Shown piece after piece: positions 61,813 through 64,000 of a stretch of DNA of 64,000 nucleotides. The notes beneath the pieces were generated by a model. It did not search any database. It had not been told where the DNA came from and saw only the letters and a list, made by a program, of their open reading frames with translations. The translations under genes and the position numbers were made by a program. This DNA comes from Candidatus Dojkabacteria bacterium (GTDB lineage Bacteria > Patescibacteriota > Dojkabacteria > J137), in the NCBI GenBank assembly GCA_030950485.1, contig JAUZRK010000001.1, positions 103,998-167,997 on the forward strand. The letters are read 5' to 3'. The first letter of the stretch is position 1. Every line of letters starts with the position of its first letter.

Positions 61813-62598
61813 CTACTTATCTTCTATACTAAATGGTCTGCCCCTTAAATTTATTATAGGCCGCTCCGCTTCTACATTTCTTTTAACTTTATCGGTATCT
61901 TCTAGCCATTCGTAGTCAAATACAATCTCTAGGCAGTCATTTCCACATTGGATTTGAAAGTTTGTAGTTTTATCTTTAATCTCAATTCTAGTACTAAATG
62001 ATAGAGCAGTATTTATATCGTCTATTATTCCCGGGTCCATATTATTAGAGCTTATAAAGTCAGAAATTCTGGAATCATAGTCATTAAGCTTTGGATCTCT
62101 ATTCATAAGTCTTCTGAAATTTTCTCTTATTTCCTCAAATTCAATTGTATTACCTTCCGGAAAATCAAAATTCAAAGATACTATTGAACTTCCATAAACT
62201 AAGCTATGACTAAAAGAAAGGCCACTTTCAAGTCTTACAAGAACTGAAGATTCATCCGTATCCTCCCTAAAAGCTATATATCGTATATCACTAGCTAGAT
62301 TACTAATAATCTCACTTTCTAAAGCCAGGAAAGTCATTAGGATATGGCTATCTCCTTCATAGTTAGGAATCCTACCTATATGGAACTTATCGCCATAATT
62401 AAGATTCAAATTCTGCCAAATTGATCGCTCTTTAGTATTTACCTCAAATTTTGAATATTTCTGGAAGTCATTCGAATCATTATAAACTGTTATTGTTTCA
62501 CCTAACTTATCAGCTGCAGCTTGCAAAACATATTCTCTGTAACCCTGTGGCGTTACCTCGTTGATAAATTCTTCTCCAGAAGGCAGATCACTCATCAT
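61813..62598 (-). CDS. Hypothetical protein, paralog of partial gene at 63763-64000
   Basis: 261-aa ORF; shared C-terminal ERPIINL. Confidence 0.7.
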   Translation of the reverse strand: MMSDLPSGEEFINEVTPQGYREYVLQAAADKLGETITVYNDSNDFQKYSKFEVNTKERSIWQNLNLNYGDKFHIGRIPNYEGDSHILMTFLALESEIISNLASDIRYIAFREDTDESSVLVRLESGLSFSHSLVYGSSIVSLNFDFPEGNTIEFEEIRENFRRLMNRDPKLNDYDSRISDFISSNNMDPGIIDDINTALSFSTRIEIKDKTTNFQIQCGNDCLEIVFDYEWLEDTDKVKRNVEAERPIINLRGRPFSIEDK

Positions 62599-62684
62599 TT
62601 TTGTTTTAAGTCACGAATTTTATCATATTGTGATTTCATATATCTACAGATAGGTATTACAATGTTTAAAGATTAATTACTAAT

Positions 62685-63137
62685 ATGAACATTTTTCTAG
62701 AATATATAAAACAAAATAATATTAAATTAGAAATTCAAACATTTACTGAAACTACACATACAGCTGAAGAAGCTGCAGCTAGATTAGGTATTGAAGTAGG
62801 GCAAATTGTTAAATCCCTCTTGTTTAAAACTAATGAAACTAACACTCCAATAATGATTCTAACCTCAGGAAAAAACAGAGCAAATTTAGAGGTAATTGAG
62901 AATTTATTAAATGAAAAATTAGATAAGCCCGATGCAGATTACGTTAAAGAAGTAACTGGTTTCTCAATAGGAGCAGTAACTCCTTTCGGACATAAAACAG
63001 AATTAAAGACATTTATAGATTCAGATCTACTTACGTACGATGAAGTTTCCGCTGCAGCAGGCGATAGGTTCTCTGTGTTTATGATAGAACCTGATATACT
63101 AACAGAAATTATAAATGGTGAAGTTGTTAAATTTTAA
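62685..63137 (+). CDS. YbaK/EbsC aminoacyl-tRNA editing family protein
   Basis: THTAEEAA, QIVKSL, TGFSIGAVTPFG, AAAG. Confidence 0.92.
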   Translation: MNIFLEYIKQNNIKLEIQTFTETTHTAEEAAARLGIEVGQIVKSLLFKTNETNTPIMILTSGKNRANLEVIENLLNEKLDKPDADYVKEVTGFSIGAVTPFGHKTELKTFIDSDLLTYDEVSAAAGDRFSVFMIEPDILTEIINGEVVKF

Positions 63138-63140
63138 ACT

Positions 63141-63671
63141 ATGGAAATAACAAATATTTTTATTCGATCATTTCTTCAAATCAATAATTATGAAGTTTTG
63201 GAAATGGATGAAGGAAAGAATTGGGGAGGATATTATATTCTTAGATCTGATGAAAAAAGTGATTATAAAATTCTTTGGCTTAAACCTAAACGAGTCAGAG
63301 CATTAAGGTATCATGGACTTACTGGGTCAGCTCATAAAGAAACTTGGAAAGCATTAACTGAAATCAGAGTCATATTAGGGCATACAGATTTAGCAATAAA
63401 CAAAGATCAGTTTGATGAGGAAATCTCCAATTTACAGATACTTGATGTTGACCCAAATGAAACAGTAGAAATTCCAAAAGGTTATTTACACGGATTAGTT
63501 AATCCTTTTGAAACTGATATTTATCTTTTTGAATATAGAGAATCAGATCACGTAGAAACTACTGAAGAAAGGGAGAAAAATACTAAAGTAGTTTACGATC
63601 AAACTGGAGAATTTAATGCACCAAGATGGCCTAGTGAGCTGCTGTTTAGGATTATGGAGAAAAGTGAATAA
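63141..63671 (+). CDS. Cupin-fold (MPI type II-like) protein
   Basis: KNWGGY, KILWLKP, H-K-E-T-W, IPKGYLHGLVN. Confidence 0.7.
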   Translation: MEITNIFIRSFLQINNYEVLEMDEGKNWGGYYILRSDEKSDYKILWLKPKRVRALRYHGLTGSAHKETWKALTEIRVILGHTDLAINKDQFDEEISNLQILDVDPNETVEIPKGYLHGLVNPFETDIYLFEYRESDHVETTEEREKNTKVVYDQTGEFNAPRWPSELLFRIMEKSE

Positions 63672-63762
63672 TTTGTGAACTCAGCTTTTAATGGATTATC
63701 CCCTCAATCTTACTATAAGCATCTCTGAACTCGTTTCAGAGTTAGCACCGTCTACTTTTTAC

Positions 63763-64000
63763 CTAAGAACTACTCGCTCTAACACTTAAATTTATTATCG
63801 GCCTTTCACTTTGAGCGCAAAGCATAACTCTTTCGAGATTTCTAAGAAATACCCAATCAAAAGTTACTTGAATGCTAGATTCACCATTCGAAATTAAGTA
63901 CTCTGTAATTTCGTCTACAATAACAAGGCTATGGGTTAATGATAATGCTTCTAAAACGTCATCAACAAAATCATCGCTGAGCCCGACACTATAGGCAAAT
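63763..64000 (-). CDS. 3' end of hypothetical gene running off the window
   Basis: FAYSVGLSDDFVDDVLEALS...QSERPIINLSVRASSS*. Confidence 0.6.
   Translation of the reverse strand, partial: FAYSVGLSDDFVDDVLEALSLTHSLVIVDEITEYLISNGESSIQVTFDWVFLRNLERVMLCAQSERPIINLSVRASSS

Overview
AT-rich bacterial chromosomal segment, standard code 11. Gene content and style suggest Patescibacteria/CPR, possibly Dojkabacteria; this is inference. Housekeeping genes look intact: recJ, T-box-preceded valS, sufU, sufS, murE-like, recA, murB, rsmI, folA, thyA, tsaD, flavodoxin. About 15 accessory genes are broken by single in-frame stops or 1-nt frameshifts. No rRNA, tRNA, CRISPR array, transposase or phage structural gene was seen. 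The most striking structure is not in the ORF track. Two four-helix-bundle (23S-IVP/Avd-like) genes are each enclosed by a ~28-30 bp inverted repeat built from 7-mer or 9-mer units. Gene-less arrays of such units occur inside the valS T-box, in intergenic nests and in frame inside ValS, TsaD, a deaminase and a glycosyltransferase. GTAG-type REP palindromes and DUF559-type GC hairpins are also inserted in frame in proteins, in different reading frames. Other notable items: a folA/kinase/cytidylyltransferase/nucleotidyltransferase/HIT-NUDIX/deaminase/thyA/GT4 cluster, a TrmB-aldo-keto-reductase fusion, a circularly permuted M23 peptidase, a PPase-like domain inserted in ValRS, and many apparently leaderless genes.
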